NCBI GenBank assembly: GCA_031283185.1
Contig: JAITCH010000010.1
Coordinates: forward strand, 63,237-127,236
Direction: 5' to 3'
From: Rickettsiales bacterium
GTDB taxonomy: Bacteria; Pseudomonadota; Alphaproteobacteria; Rs-D84
DNA length: 64,000 bases
Shown: positions 45,466-53,923 of the stretch, one piece after another
How the letters are laid out: the number at the start of each line of letters is the position of its first letter
Position numbering within the stretch: position 1 is the first letter of the stretch
Translations under genes and position numbers: made by a program
Notes under the pieces: model-generated
Seen by the model: the letters and a program-made list of their open reading frames with translations, nothing else
Database searches by the model: none
Told to the model about the DNA's origin: nothing

Positions 45466-45822
45466 TTAAAACTCCATCAACCTCACTTGCCCGGGGTTGT
45501 ATTGGGACGGCGGAGTGCTGAAAAGCCAATACATTCCAACGAGGAATACTGCACTGACGCCGATGGCAATTACGGCATTATCTTTAATCCAACTGCTTTT
45601 TTGTGATTTGGGTTTATATGCTGTTGTTTGAGGGCAGTAGTAAATGTCCCCATTTTTTTCGGAGCATTGAACATAATTGGTTAGTGGAGTATTACATTGA
45701 ACTTTGTCTGGCTGTTGACCCGGCGCGGTGGGAACCATGCAGTAATTAACGGCATTTGCAGGGGGGGGCGTGAACACCGATATAAGTCCGAAAACCGATA
45801 AAATTGCTAATAATTTCTTCAT
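45466..45822 (-). CDS. small exported Cys-containing protein with a C-terminal TM segment (118 aa)
   Basis: Signal peptide MKKLLAILSVFGLISVFT. It contains the G8/C8 tract at 45762-45769, which encodes PPP. Confidence 0.45.
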   Translation of the reverse strand: MKKLLAILSVFGLISVFTPPPANAVNYCMVPTAPGQQPDKVQCNTPLTNYVQCSEKNGDIYYCPQTTAYKPKSQKSSWIKDNAVIAIGVSAVFLVGMYWLFSTPPSQYNPGQVRLMEF

Positions 45823-45887
45823 AAATGAACTTTCTCATAAATGTCGGTATAGAGTCAATACAAAAATTGCCCGCCACCCCTTTCCTC

Positions 45888-45915
45888 TTGACAAAACGCA
45901 AATACTCGCTACAAT
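45888..45915 (+). promoter_or_regulatory. promoter TTGACA-N16-TACAAT, 7 nt before the ATG (leaderless)
   Basis: Hexamers with the upstream TTTCCTC motif shared by the promoters at 46590 and 48248. Confidence 0.5.
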
Positions 45916-45922
45916 CCCGCTT

Positions 45923-46573
45923 ATGATAAAAAAGACTCCGACTATTTTAATGCGATTTAACCGCTGGCGCGATATAGACGAATGCCTAACCGACACGCAT
46001 TTCTTTGACCCGAAATATCCGTCCATTGGAAAGGATATTTTGGTGGTTGGTGGTGGCGACAGCACATATAGCACATTCGGATATTTTGATTTTAATTGGA
46101 CGAATATAGACCTGAACATCCCGGACGGATATTTCCAAATACCTTGGGTCAAAAGTATCAGGGCTGATTTCATAACGCATTTGGAATTTAATCCTACCGG
46201 GTATGACGAGATTTTGTCCTGGTATGCTTTGCCGTTGTATTCGCCAACTTTTGCATCTGCGTGGTATTTTTATCTGAAAGCGATGAGTCTTTTGCGTCCC
46301 GGCGGACGGCTGCGTGTGGGCGGTGTGCGCCCCGAAGATTATGCGGAATCCAGGAATTCATACCTAAGGAATTCGGATGCGCCGGAAAAGATTGTTCGTG
46401 CGCGGCAAGGGGCGTTGGCGACCCTTGCGAATTGGGGTGCAGAGGTCAAGGAATATAAATATGCGGAAATTATCACGAAACCCCGGTCGGCATCGCTCTT
46501 TAACCACCAGGTTGACGGCGAACTTGGTCGTATGCGGCTTCATATCGCGGATTATAAATTGCAGGTCAAATAG
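45923..46573 (+). CDS. class I SAM-dependent methyltransferase-like protein
   Basis: Rossmann GxGxG motif ILVVGGGDS, and LRPGGRL. Confidence 0.45.
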   Translation: MIKKTPTILMRFNRWRDIDECLTDTHFFDPKYPSIGKDILVVGGGDSTYSTFGYFDFNWTNIDLNIPDGYFQIPWVKSIRADFITHLEFNPTGYDEILSWYALPLYSPTFASAWYFYLKAMSLLRPGGRLRVGGVRPEDYAESRNSYLRNSDAPEKIVRARQGALATLANWGAEVKEYKYAEIITKPRSASLFNHQVDGELGRMRLHIADYKLQVK

Positions 46574-46589
46574 CCCAACAAATTTCCAC

Positions 46590-46617
46590 TTGACAAAATA
46601 AATGTCTGTTCTATAAT
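46590..46617 (+). promoter_or_regulatory. promoter TTGACA-N16-TATAAT
   Basis: Near-consensus hexamers. An AAGGAG RBS and an ATG follow. Confidence 0.5.
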
Positions 46618-46651
46618 ACGCCTAACAATCGCAACCAAGGAGCGACCAAAA

Positions 46652-47173
46652 ATGATGATACAAGAAATAACAAGATATATATTAGTCCCTAGCCAAATTC
46701 TGGTCATCGGTCCTGACGGACAGAAAACCTTGGACGGCAATAGTCAATATTATCATCTGCCGGAATACCAGTTTGATAAATACGATAATGATCTTATACA
46801 AAACAAGTTCAACGCGATTGTCAAATTGGGGAAAGAATATAAGATAAATATCGGTCAGTTCGCGCTCTTCCCGGTGAAATATGAAACAAAAGGGTGTGAC
46901 CGATGCGTGGGCTTGGATATTCCAGAGGCATATGACTTTTCCAAGGCGAAAGAATGGTGTCGCGTGATGTGCGTGCCGTTAGAGGTCAGTGGTAAAGAAC
47001 TAAAAGCACTAAAATCCGGTGCCTTGTTTGGCGGCTGCCACAGCTCGATTGACCGCTTTGCGAAGGACGCCGCCGTTGATTTTGTGAACGCTGTTGCGGA
47101 CACGGATGAGACAGATTTCCGAAAAGCATTGCGCCTCGCTCTCGCGTTTGTGTCAAAAGCGAGATCGAAATAA
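46652..47173 (+). CDS. hypothetical protein (173 aa)
   Basis: ORF with a strong promoter and an AAGGAG RBS. Confidence 0.5.
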   Translation: MMIQEITRYILVPSQILVIGPDGQKTLDGNSQYYHLPEYQFDKYDNDLIQNKFNAIVKLGKEYKINIGQFALFPVKYETKGCDRCVGLDIPEAYDFSKAKEWCRVMCVPLEVSGKELKALKSGALFGGCHSSIDRFAKDAAVDFVNAVADTDETDFRKALRLALAFVSKARSK

Positions 47174-47217
47174 CGAGATAACAACCCTACGAAACCTAAA
47201 TAATAAGGAATGTAAAA

Positions 47218-47402
47218 TGATTTATAAGATAATATATGAATTTGGCTCGGTTGGGAGTCAGGAGCTTGACTTCGATGATGATCATTCAACTATGAGTATT
47301 GTCGGGCAGCAAATGCCATTTGATCCCGGGGATTTCCAGGACGCGGCGCGCTACTTCGGTAGAGATATTATGTCAAGCTTGATACAACAACGAATGAGAT
47401 AA
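47218..47402 (+). CDS. small acidic hypothetical protein (61 aa)
   Basis: An AAGGAATG RBS precedes the ATG. Confidence 0.4.
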
Positions 47403-47490
47403 CGGAAATCGGTTTGGGTGTGCGGGGGCTTTTGTGCCCCCGCCCTTTTTTTATTTGACATTCAATTGATTCCATTACAAGGTATGGCGC

Positions 47491-47544
47491 AAATTCTCCT
47501 CCTGTGGAGGAGTCCGGGCGAAGCCCGGGAGGTGGGTCTACCAT
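47491..47544. repeat. 5'-half copy of the composite repeat (subfamily with GGTGGGTCTACC core), directly upstream of the DUF559 gene
   Basis: AAATTCTCCTCCTGTGGAGGAGTCCGGGCGAAGCCCGGGAGGTGGGTCTACCAT, identical over 56 bp to 48002-48057. Confidence 0.8.
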
Positions 47545-47564
47545 TAATCCTTGGGCAACAAACA

Positions 47565-47978
47565 ATGTCAATAGTTATTCAATACAATCCAAATCTTCGC
47601 AACAATGCAAAAGCATTACGCAAGGCGGGTATATTATCCGAAATCCTTCTATGGGATCAGATAAAGCGAGGTCAAATAAATGGTCTTGATTTTGACCGAC
47701 AACGAATCATGGGAAATTATATAGTGGATTTCTGCTGCCCAGATACAGGTGTAGTTATAGAGATTGACGGACATTCGCATGACTTTAAGGAACTGCACGA
47801 TACCAAGCGTGAGGAATATCTAAAAAGCCTGGGTCTTGAAACTATACATATCGCGGATATTGATGTTAAGCAAAGTTTAGATGGTGTTGTTGGAATGTTA
47901 AAGGCGCATCCATTTTTGCAAAATCCAATTAAAGATAGAAAATGTGTTTTTATACATAATTCTCCTCTTGTGAATTAG
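47565..47978 (+). CDS. DUF559-family endonuclease-like protein (Vsr/restriction-endonuclease-like fold)
   Basis: ...GNYIVDFCCPDTGVVIEIDGHSHD...EYLKSLGLETIH, the typical DUF559 pattern. Confidence 0.65.
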   Translation: MSIVIQYNPNLRNNAKALRKAGILSEILLWDQIKRGQINGLDFDRQRIMGNYIVDFCCPDTGVVIEIDGHSHDFKELHDTKREEYLKSLGLETIHIADIDVKQSLDGVVGMLKAHPFLQNPIKDRKCVFIHNSPLVN

Positions 47979-48001
47979 GATTTGGTAGTGTGGCACTGAC
48001 T

Positions 48002-48128
48002 AAATTCTCCTCCTGTGGAGGAGTCCGGGCGAAGCCCGGGAGGTGGGTCTACCATATCTATGAAACGCAAGCCTAACCCGGAGACCCACCCCGTCCGCTT
48101 CGCGTCCACCCCTCCACCGGAGGGGAAT
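48002..48128. repeat. full composite repeat copy (GGTGGGTCT...AGACCCACC core subfamily), immediately downstream of the DUF559 gene
   Basis: Its 5' half is identical to 47491-47544. The 3' half ends CCCCTCCACCGGAGGGGAATT, as in the other copies. Confidence 0.8.
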
Positions 48129-48247
48129 TGGGCCCCGGAACGAGTTGGATTTCAAGTGGCAACGCAGAAATCTTAAGAGTTCCAGGCGAACATCCCTCAA
48201 CATCCACCCGCTCCATAACCCCCTCGCGCGCCACAATAACTTTCCGC

Positions 48248-48275
48248 TTGACAAAACTAATTAATGGGGTATAAT
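48248..48275 (+). promoter_or_regulatory. promoter TTGACA-N16-TATAAT
   Basis: Near-consensus hexamers. The -10 overlaps the ATG proposed in the ORF track, so the start is moved to 48307. Confidence 0.5.
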
Positions 48276-48306
48276 GACCCGGTCAATAACCCAAAAGGGG
48301 GAGAAA

Positions 48307-48729
48307 ATGGCAACTTTTACAGAAACAGAATTGATTCTGGAATGGGAATATAACGAAGAATATCAGTATGCATTTGAACGAATTCGGGAATACAACGCGT
48401 CCGAGCAGGGCGGCGAAAAACTTAAGGCTGATGAACGGCACGATTTGTTGGAACAAATCGCAAAAATGCAGGAAATTGACCTTCGTCGCTATAAAATGGC
48501 TATGATCGGCAAGTTTTATGTGGAATTAAAGGGGGCGTTGGAAGAAGTTATAGATGCCCGCCTTGCAATTCGTGGCGCAAGCGCGATTTTGGGGGCTGCA
48601 ACCAAGCCGGATGATGTCGCGCGAGAGGTTGTATCGCGCCGCGCTGTTGATATTACCCGCAAATTGGATAAAAACGAGCGGGAATTGGCGAAAAAAATAG
48701 CAGAATACTTGTCAGGCCTTGCGCGGTAA
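48307..48729 (+). CDS. hypothetical protein (140 aa)
   Basis: An AGGGGGAG RBS lies upstream of the ATG at 48307. Confidence 0.5.
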   Translation: MATFTETELILEWEYNEEYQYAFERIREYNASEQGGEKLKADERHDLLEQIAKMQEIDLRRYKMAMIGKFYVELKGALEEVIDARLAIRGASAILGAATKPDDVAREVVSRRAVDITRKLDKNERELAKKIAEYLSGLAR

Positions 48730-48736
48730 TAGGGGC

Positions 48737-48765
48737 TTGACGATTTAACCCGGGCAATATATAAT
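48737..48765 (+). promoter_or_regulatory. promoter TTGACG-N17-TATAAT
   Basis: Near-consensus hexamers. Confidence 0.5.
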
Positions 48766-48790
48766 GCCCCGGCAAAACAAAGGAAACGAA

Positions 48791-49225
48791 GTGATATATT
48801 TAGAAGAACATTATAGCAACGCGACTAAGTGGATTGCGTTTTATCAGTACATTACCTGGGTCAAAAAGTTAAATTTGACTGCCGAAGAATTGGCGGATTA
48901 TGACAATCTGACTAACATTGTGGATAATTGTCCGGCCGCAACTCGGCAAGAGGCTTTTCGTGAGCACGAAGACGCGTTTCATGGCTATTCGGACGAGGAT
49001 TTAAAGCGCGAGCGGTTTTTGCGGCAGAAATTTATTGGGATTTCTGAGACATTGAAGACGATGCCGGAAACTCAGCGTAGATTGGCAAACTCAAGGTCGC
49101 CTGAATCGCAGGCTCAGGCTGCGGCGATGATCCGGGAGATGGCGGAACTTGAAAAAACGCGCGATGGCTTGTTGAAAGAGTTAAATTCTTTGTGCGTCGC
49201 CACCCACGCCGCCCAGACCTGGTAA
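48791..49225 (+). CDS. hypothetical protein (start probably the GTG at 48791; the ORF-track ATG at 48764 overlaps the -10)
   Basis: An AAAGGAAA RBS lies 6 nt upstream of the GTG. Confidence 0.4.
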   Translation: MIYLEEHYSNATKWIAFYQYITWVKKLNLTAEELADYDNLTNIVDNCPAATRQEAFREHEDAFHGYSDEDLKRERFLRQKFIGISETLKTMPETQRRLANSRSPESQAQAAAMIREMAELEKTRDGLLKELNSLCVATHAAQTW

Positions 49226-49268
49226 AAATAAAAATTTCCGCCCCCGATTCCGGGGGCAGGAAAATTAT

Positions 49269-51074
49269 TTACTTCAACACTTTCTCAATTTCATCCGCAG
49301 TCAGGGTTTCGCGTTTCAGTAGTGCCTCGGCCAATTTTTTCATCTTTGGCTTGTTCTTGCCTAAAACTGCGCTGGCAATTTTATATGCCGAATCAATAAG
49401 CGACTTTATTTCCGCATCCACCAGTTCGGCAGTTTTATCCGACACATTTTCGCGCCGGGTTTGGATCCCCCACCCGCCCATTGTTTCATTGACGGCAATC
49501 ATACCCAGTTTCGGCGACAATCCCGCGCTGACAACGGCGTGCCGCGCCAGATTGGTCGCGGCGGCAATGTCGGCGGTCGCGCCGGTGGTGATTTTGTCTT
49601 TGCCGATGAATATTTCTTCGCTTGCCCGTCCGGCCATATAAATCGCCAAATTCGCACGAATTTCGGCTAAATTCATAGAGTTCTTGTCATCAACCGGCAG
49701 ATGCTGCACCATCCCGAGTGCCCGTCCGCGCGGGATGATTGTGGCTTTCAGAATCGGGTCGGAAACGCCCTTGAAATGCACGGACAGCATTGCGTGGCCG
49801 GCTTCGTGATAAGCGGCAATTTTGCGGTCATTTTCGGACATCCGCATTGATTTTTCCGGCCCCATCAGGACTTTGTCGCGCGCCATATCCAAATCCGCGG
49901 CGGACACAGCGGTTGACTTGCGCCGGACGGCGATTAACGCGGCTTCATTCATAAGATTTTCCAATTCCGCGCCGGAAAATCCGGGTGTTCCGCGTGCGGC
50001 AATATCTAGGTCAACTGACTTGTCCAACTTTAATTTCGCAGCATAAATTTTCAGAATATCTAACCGACCCGACCGATTCGGCAGGTCAATATGCACTTGG
50101 CGATCAAATCGCCCCGGGCGAAGTAACGCGCCGTCCAGTATGTCAGGGCGATTGGTTGCGGCGATTACGATTACGCCGGAGTTGTTGGCAAATCCGTCCA
50201 TTTCAATCAGCAGTTGGTTCAGGGTTTGTTCGCGGTCGTGGTCGGACATTGAACCCTTGCCGCGCTTTTGTCCGATTGCGTCAATTTCGTCTATGAACAG
50301 GATGCAGGGCGAGTTGGACTTTGCCAGTTTGAACAGGTCGCGGACTTTGCTGACCCCCAGGCCGACCAGGATGCCGGAAAATTCAGAGCCGGAAGACGCA
50401 AAGAACGGAACTTTTGCCTCGCCGGCGATTGCGCGTGCGAGCAAGGTTTTGCCAGTGCCGGGCGCGCCGGATAACAGGACGCCGCGGGGTAGTCTTGCCC
50501 CCAGTTTTGTGAAATCTGACGGCTTTTTAAGGAAATCTATCAGTTCCTCAACTTCTTTTTTTGCATCATCAATGCCCGCTACATCCTTGAAAGTAGTCGC
50601 TTTTTTCTTTTTCTCGCCATTTGCGCGCATAACTACCATTTGTGGCATTCCGGGGATTCCGCCGCCTGCCATCATTTTTGGCCCCCGCAGTATCAGATAT
50701 ATGAACAGGATACCGATGATAAGCGGGAAAAACATAGCCACTTTCTCCCAAAAACTGGTGGACGAATCGATTGATATTGATACGCCGGACTTGCCCAACT
50801 GGGTCAGGGTGGCGGGGTCATAAATTATTTCAGCATTGTAAGTTCCGCCGTCTGTCAGATCGCCGGTTGCTTCGTTTGCGCGGATTGTGGCTGTCTTGAT
50901 TTTACCTGCGGACGCGGCATCCATAAAGCCGGTAAAGTTCATCTCTGTGGTCTTTGGGGCTTCAACTTTCGCCGGGCTAGATTTACTGCCGATATATATG
51001 TCCCGCGCGGCGAGTGCTGCGATTATGATGAACAGCAGTAAAAATTTATTTGCCTTAAACTTTTTCATTTTCAA
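49269..51074 (-). CDS. ftsH: ATP-dependent zinc metalloprotease FtsH
   Basis: Walker A GPPGTGKT, SRH, HEAGH zinc motif, and an N-terminal TM segment. Confidence 0.95.
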   Translation of the reverse strand: MKMKKFKANKFLLLFIIIAALAARDIYIGSKSSPAKVEAPKTTEMNFTGFMDAASAGKIKTATIRANEATGDLTDGGTYNAEIIYDPATLTQLGKSGVSISIDSSTSFWEKVAMFFPLIIGILFIYLILRGPKMMAGGGIPGMPQMVVMRANGEKKKKATTFKDVAGIDDAKKEVEELIDFLKKPSDFTKLGARLPRGVLLSGAPGTGKTLLARAIAGEAKVPFFASSGSEFSGILVGLGVSKVRDLFKLAKSNSPCILFIDEIDAIGQKRGKGSMSDHDREQTLNQLLIEMDGFANNSGVIVIAATNRPDILDGALLRPGRFDRQVHIDLPNRSGRLDILKIYAAKLKLDKSVDLDIAARGTPGFSGAELENLMNEAALIAVRRKSTAVSAADLDMARDKVLMGPEKSMRMSENDRKIAAYHEAGHAMLSVHFKGVSDPILKATIIPRGRALGMVQHLPVDDKNSMNLAEIRANLAIYMAGRASEEIFIGKDKITTGATADIAAATNLARHAVVSAGLSPKLGMIAVNETMGGWGIQTRRENVSDKTAELVDAEIKSLIDSAYKIASAVLGKNKPKMKKLAEALLKRETLTADEIEKVLK

Positions 51075-51963
51075 TCCTTATAATGTTTCCTTTTCTTTTC
51101 ACGATGCAATGCGCGAGGGTTATGGTAGCATCCTTTTCCAATTCTTTCAATGCCCGTTGCACGGAATCAAGTCGTGGGGGGTATGCGTCCCCGCCGACCT
51201 GCTGTAAAATGCGGCTGAAAAATTTCAACTTCATTTCCTCTGGCAGGTTTTCAAGCGTTGAATAATTGCCGTCAAAATTTAATAATAATTTTTCAATCTC
51301 GCCTTCGGACGCATCGCGCGCGCGCGCCAACGAAGAAATTGCCAACAACAATCGCTCGTCCGAAATCCCTAACTTTTCCGCCAATATCCCGCGATTTTTC
51401 CGAACACGAACGCGCAGAAATTGTTCGTCGTCATTCATCGGGTCGTCAACAAAATCAACCGAATTTTTAACACACCAATCACGAAGTTCCGCACGGCGCA
51501 CTTCCAGCAGCGGACGCGCGATTGTGATTCCGCCGCGCTCTGAAATTGGGCGAAGTCCGCCAAGTCCAAACAGACCTGATCCGCGTCCCAGGTTCATTAA
51601 AAAGGTTTCAATGTTGTCATCGGCGTGATGTGCGGTCATAAGAATTCCGATGTTGTTCGCCCGGCAAAAATCAAGCATCAAATTGTATCGCGCTTCACGC
51701 GCGGCTTCTTCAACGCCGGTGTCGGGCTTGTCGCCGACCCATTTTAATGTGTGATGTTCCAACCCCAATTTTTTCGCAACGCGTCCGACCATTTCTGCTT
51801 CTGCCGCGCTCTCATTCCGTAATCCGTGGTCAATGGTCAAAACTACGGGCTTGTAATCCGCGCACCAATGCATCAAAGCCATACTATCTGCGCCGCCGGA
51901 AACAGCGACAGCGATGCGCGCCTTGGGCAGTGCATTTATAAATGAAGTGAACTTATTATTCAT
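51055..51963 (-). CDS. tilS: tRNA(Ile)-lysidine synthetase
   Basis: PP-loop SGGADS. The tilS-ftsH order is conserved in other bacteria. Confidence 0.85.
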   Translation of the reverse strand: MNNKFTSFINALPKARIAVAVSGGADSMALMHWCADYKPVVLTIDHGLRNESAAEAEMVGRVAKKLGLEHHTLKWVGDKPDTGVEEAAREARYNLMLDFCRANNIGILMTAHHADDNIETFLMNLGRGSGLFGLGGLRPISERGGITIARPLLEVRRAELRDWCVKNSVDFVDDPMNDDEQFLRVRVRKNRGILAEKLGISDERLLLAISSLARARDASEGEIEKLLLNFDGNYSTLENLPEEMKLKFFSRILQQVGGDAYPPRLDSVQRALKELEKDATITLAHCIVKRKGNIIRIENEKV

Positions 51964-52044
51964 AGTCTGAAAGTATTAGCACCCTTTGATTGGAATTTCA
52001 ATGTCAAATATGGTATAGTTTGTTATTGAAACAGGGAGCGGATT

Positions 52045-52605
52045 ATGGCGGACAAAAGGTCAATGGCTGTGTATTGCGGGCATAAGATGGGTGGCAGTCC
52101 AGAGTATAAAAAGGATGCCGAGCGTCTAGGCACGCTGATGGCGAAAAATTGTATTCGTCTGGTGTATGGCGGCGGGTCGCTGGGCTTGATGGGCGTGGTG
52201 GCTGGCGCGGCGAAAAAGGCCAAGGGCGAAGTTATCGGCATTACGACTCAGCATGTTATAAATTTGCAAGAGCCATTGTTGGAAGGCATAGAGTTCGAGA
52301 TAAAGGGCGGTCTGTCAGAGCGCAAGCGCAGGATGTTTGAATTGTCCGATGCGTTTTGCATTTTGCCTGGCGGACTTGGGACGCTGGACGAGTTGGTAGA
52401 AATTATGGTTATGCAACAGGTGCATGAAAGCAGTTTGCCGATATATTTTCTAAATACGAACGGCTATTGGAACATAATGGGGCGGGTGATGGGGCATATG
52501 CAGCGGGAAGGTTTTCTAAGTGATTTAACACAATTTAATATGCATATTATGGACACGCCCGAAGACATAATTAAAACCTATAAATCCCGTTTCTGGACAG
52601 ACTAG
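52045..52605 (+). CDS. LOG-family protein (cytokinin riboside 5'-monophosphate phosphoribohydrolase-like, TIGR00730)
   Basis: PGGLGTLDEL and GGGSLGLMG motifs. Confidence 0.8.
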   Translation: MADKRSMAVYCGHKMGGSPEYKKDAERLGTLMAKNCIRLVYGGGSLGLMGVVAGAAKKAKGEVIGITTQHVINLQEPLLEGIEFEIKGGLSERKRRMFELSDAFCILPGGLGTLDELVEIMVMQQVHESSLPIYFLNTNGYWNIMGRVMGHMQREGFLSDLTQFNMHIMDTPEDIIKTYKSRFWTD

Positions 52606-52694
52606 CAACTAATTCCCCTAAGCGGGCGGGGTAGTTTTTCAATCAAGAATATCTTCCGATTTTATTTGCGCGTTGTGTGTGCGTAAATAATATA

Positions 52695-53270
52695 ATGAAA
52701 AAATTATTATTTCTTATCTGCACTTTACACTTTCCATTCTCCGCCTTGGGTGCGAATCCTATGCTTGGGGACAATCAGAATTCCATCCGCATTGAAGGCG
52801 TGAATATGGTTGATTGGTATGCGCGGGACATTCGGGTTTTTTATCTCAGTTATGCACAGCCGAATATTTTTTTTCGTTTGCCTGGTCAGCGGAATTTACA
52901 AATGGTTTATATCAGCGGTCGGACGAAATATAGCCCGGAATACAGACCTGGGCGATTGCATTCTGTGCAAATGGTGAATGGAGAAACTAGTCGGGATGTA
53001 TCGCAATTTGCGTGGGGCTTGACGCAGGATGTGGTGTTTTTATCTGGCTGGGGATTTTATATGGGCGCGGGGATTGGGCCTTTTGTAAAGGAGTATAAAA
53101 ATGATTATATCGGGACAAAGTTCATAATGGGCGAGCGTTTTTTTGCAGGTTATAGATTGAATAATAGTTTCAATTTGGAATTGGTGGCGCACCATTTTTC
53201 CAATGGACATCTCAGCGCGATGAACAAGGGTCTGGACGGCTTTGGTCTTGGCATTGCCTGGAATTTTTAA
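52695..53270 (+). CDS. PagL-like lipid A deacylase family protein (paralog 2)
   Basis: YAQPNIFFRLPGQRN, HHFSNGH, and a C-terminal GIAWNF. Colinear with the copy at 43475-44077. Confidence 0.55.
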   Translation: MKKLLFLICTLHFPFSALGANPMLGDNQNSIRIEGVNMVDWYARDIRVFYLSYAQPNIFFRLPGQRNLQMVYISGRTKYSPEYRPGRLHSVQMVNGETSRDVSQFAWGLTQDVVFLSGWGFYMGAGIGPFVKEYKNDYIGTKFIMGERFFAGYRLNNSFNLELVAHHFSNGHLSAMNKGLDGFGLGIAWNF

Positions 53271-53283
53271 GGAGTAAAAACAA

Positions 53284-53856
53284 ATGAGAAAAAACATACT
53301 TATACTTTTGGCTGCGATGCTGATAATTGGTGTTGCATCGGTGGCGCGCGGGGCGCGGGAAAATCCATTGTTTGGGGATACGCAAAGCCAGTTTGGACTT
53401 AATGCGGGACATGGTGTTGGCGGCGGGAATATCTGGCGGATGGTTCCGTTTAACGATTGGCGCATAGAGCCGTTTGGAGCGTATTGGGCGGAATATAGCC
53501 AGCCGTTCGAGTTTTTTCGTCTTCCTGCGCGGCAGACTTTGCACGCGGGGATGTTCGCTGGGTATGAAGATATGTCCCGGAATTATACCGAGCCATTTTT
53601 AGGTCTTTCGTGGGATGTAGTGCCGCTTAGTTGGCGCGGAGCGTATGTTGGCGCGGGGCTTGGGGTTTATATAAAGCCGACTTTTCGTGGGCGTCAGGAT
53701 TCGTTGTTGATGTTCGGGGAGAAGTTGTTTGCTGGGTATAGGATAAGCGCGGCGTGGTCGGTAGAATTATGGACGCGGCATTTTGATAGTGGTGGATTGA
53801 CACCGATTAATGGGGGCTATAATTTCTTTGGTCTGTCTGCATTGTATAACTTTTAA
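53284..53856 (+). CDS. PagL-like family protein (paralog 3, His-x-Ser motif altered to RHFDSGG)
   Basis: YSQPFEFFRLPARQT, and a C-terminal LSALYNF. Confidence 0.5.
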   Translation: MRKNILILLAAMLIIGVASVARGARENPLFGDTQSQFGLNAGHGVGGGNIWRMVPFNDWRIEPFGAYWAEYSQPFEFFRLPARQTLHAGMFAGYEDMSRNYTEPFLGLSWDVVPLSWRGAYVGAGLGVYIKPTFRGRQDSLLMFGEKLFAGYRISAAWSVELWTRHFDSGGLTPINGGYNFFGLSALYNF

Positions 53857-53923
53857 TTTGTCTTTTTTTATGATATAATACCCGTGAGAGAGAAGTAGGA
53901 AACTGCTCATAAAGGAACATATT

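Noticed and set aside
47094-47402. 102-aa ORF 47094..47402 as the gene call
   Set aside because: Its 5' part overlaps the end of 46652..47173 without an RBS. The internal ATG at 47218 has an AAGGAATG RBS, so the shorter 61-aa form is preferred.
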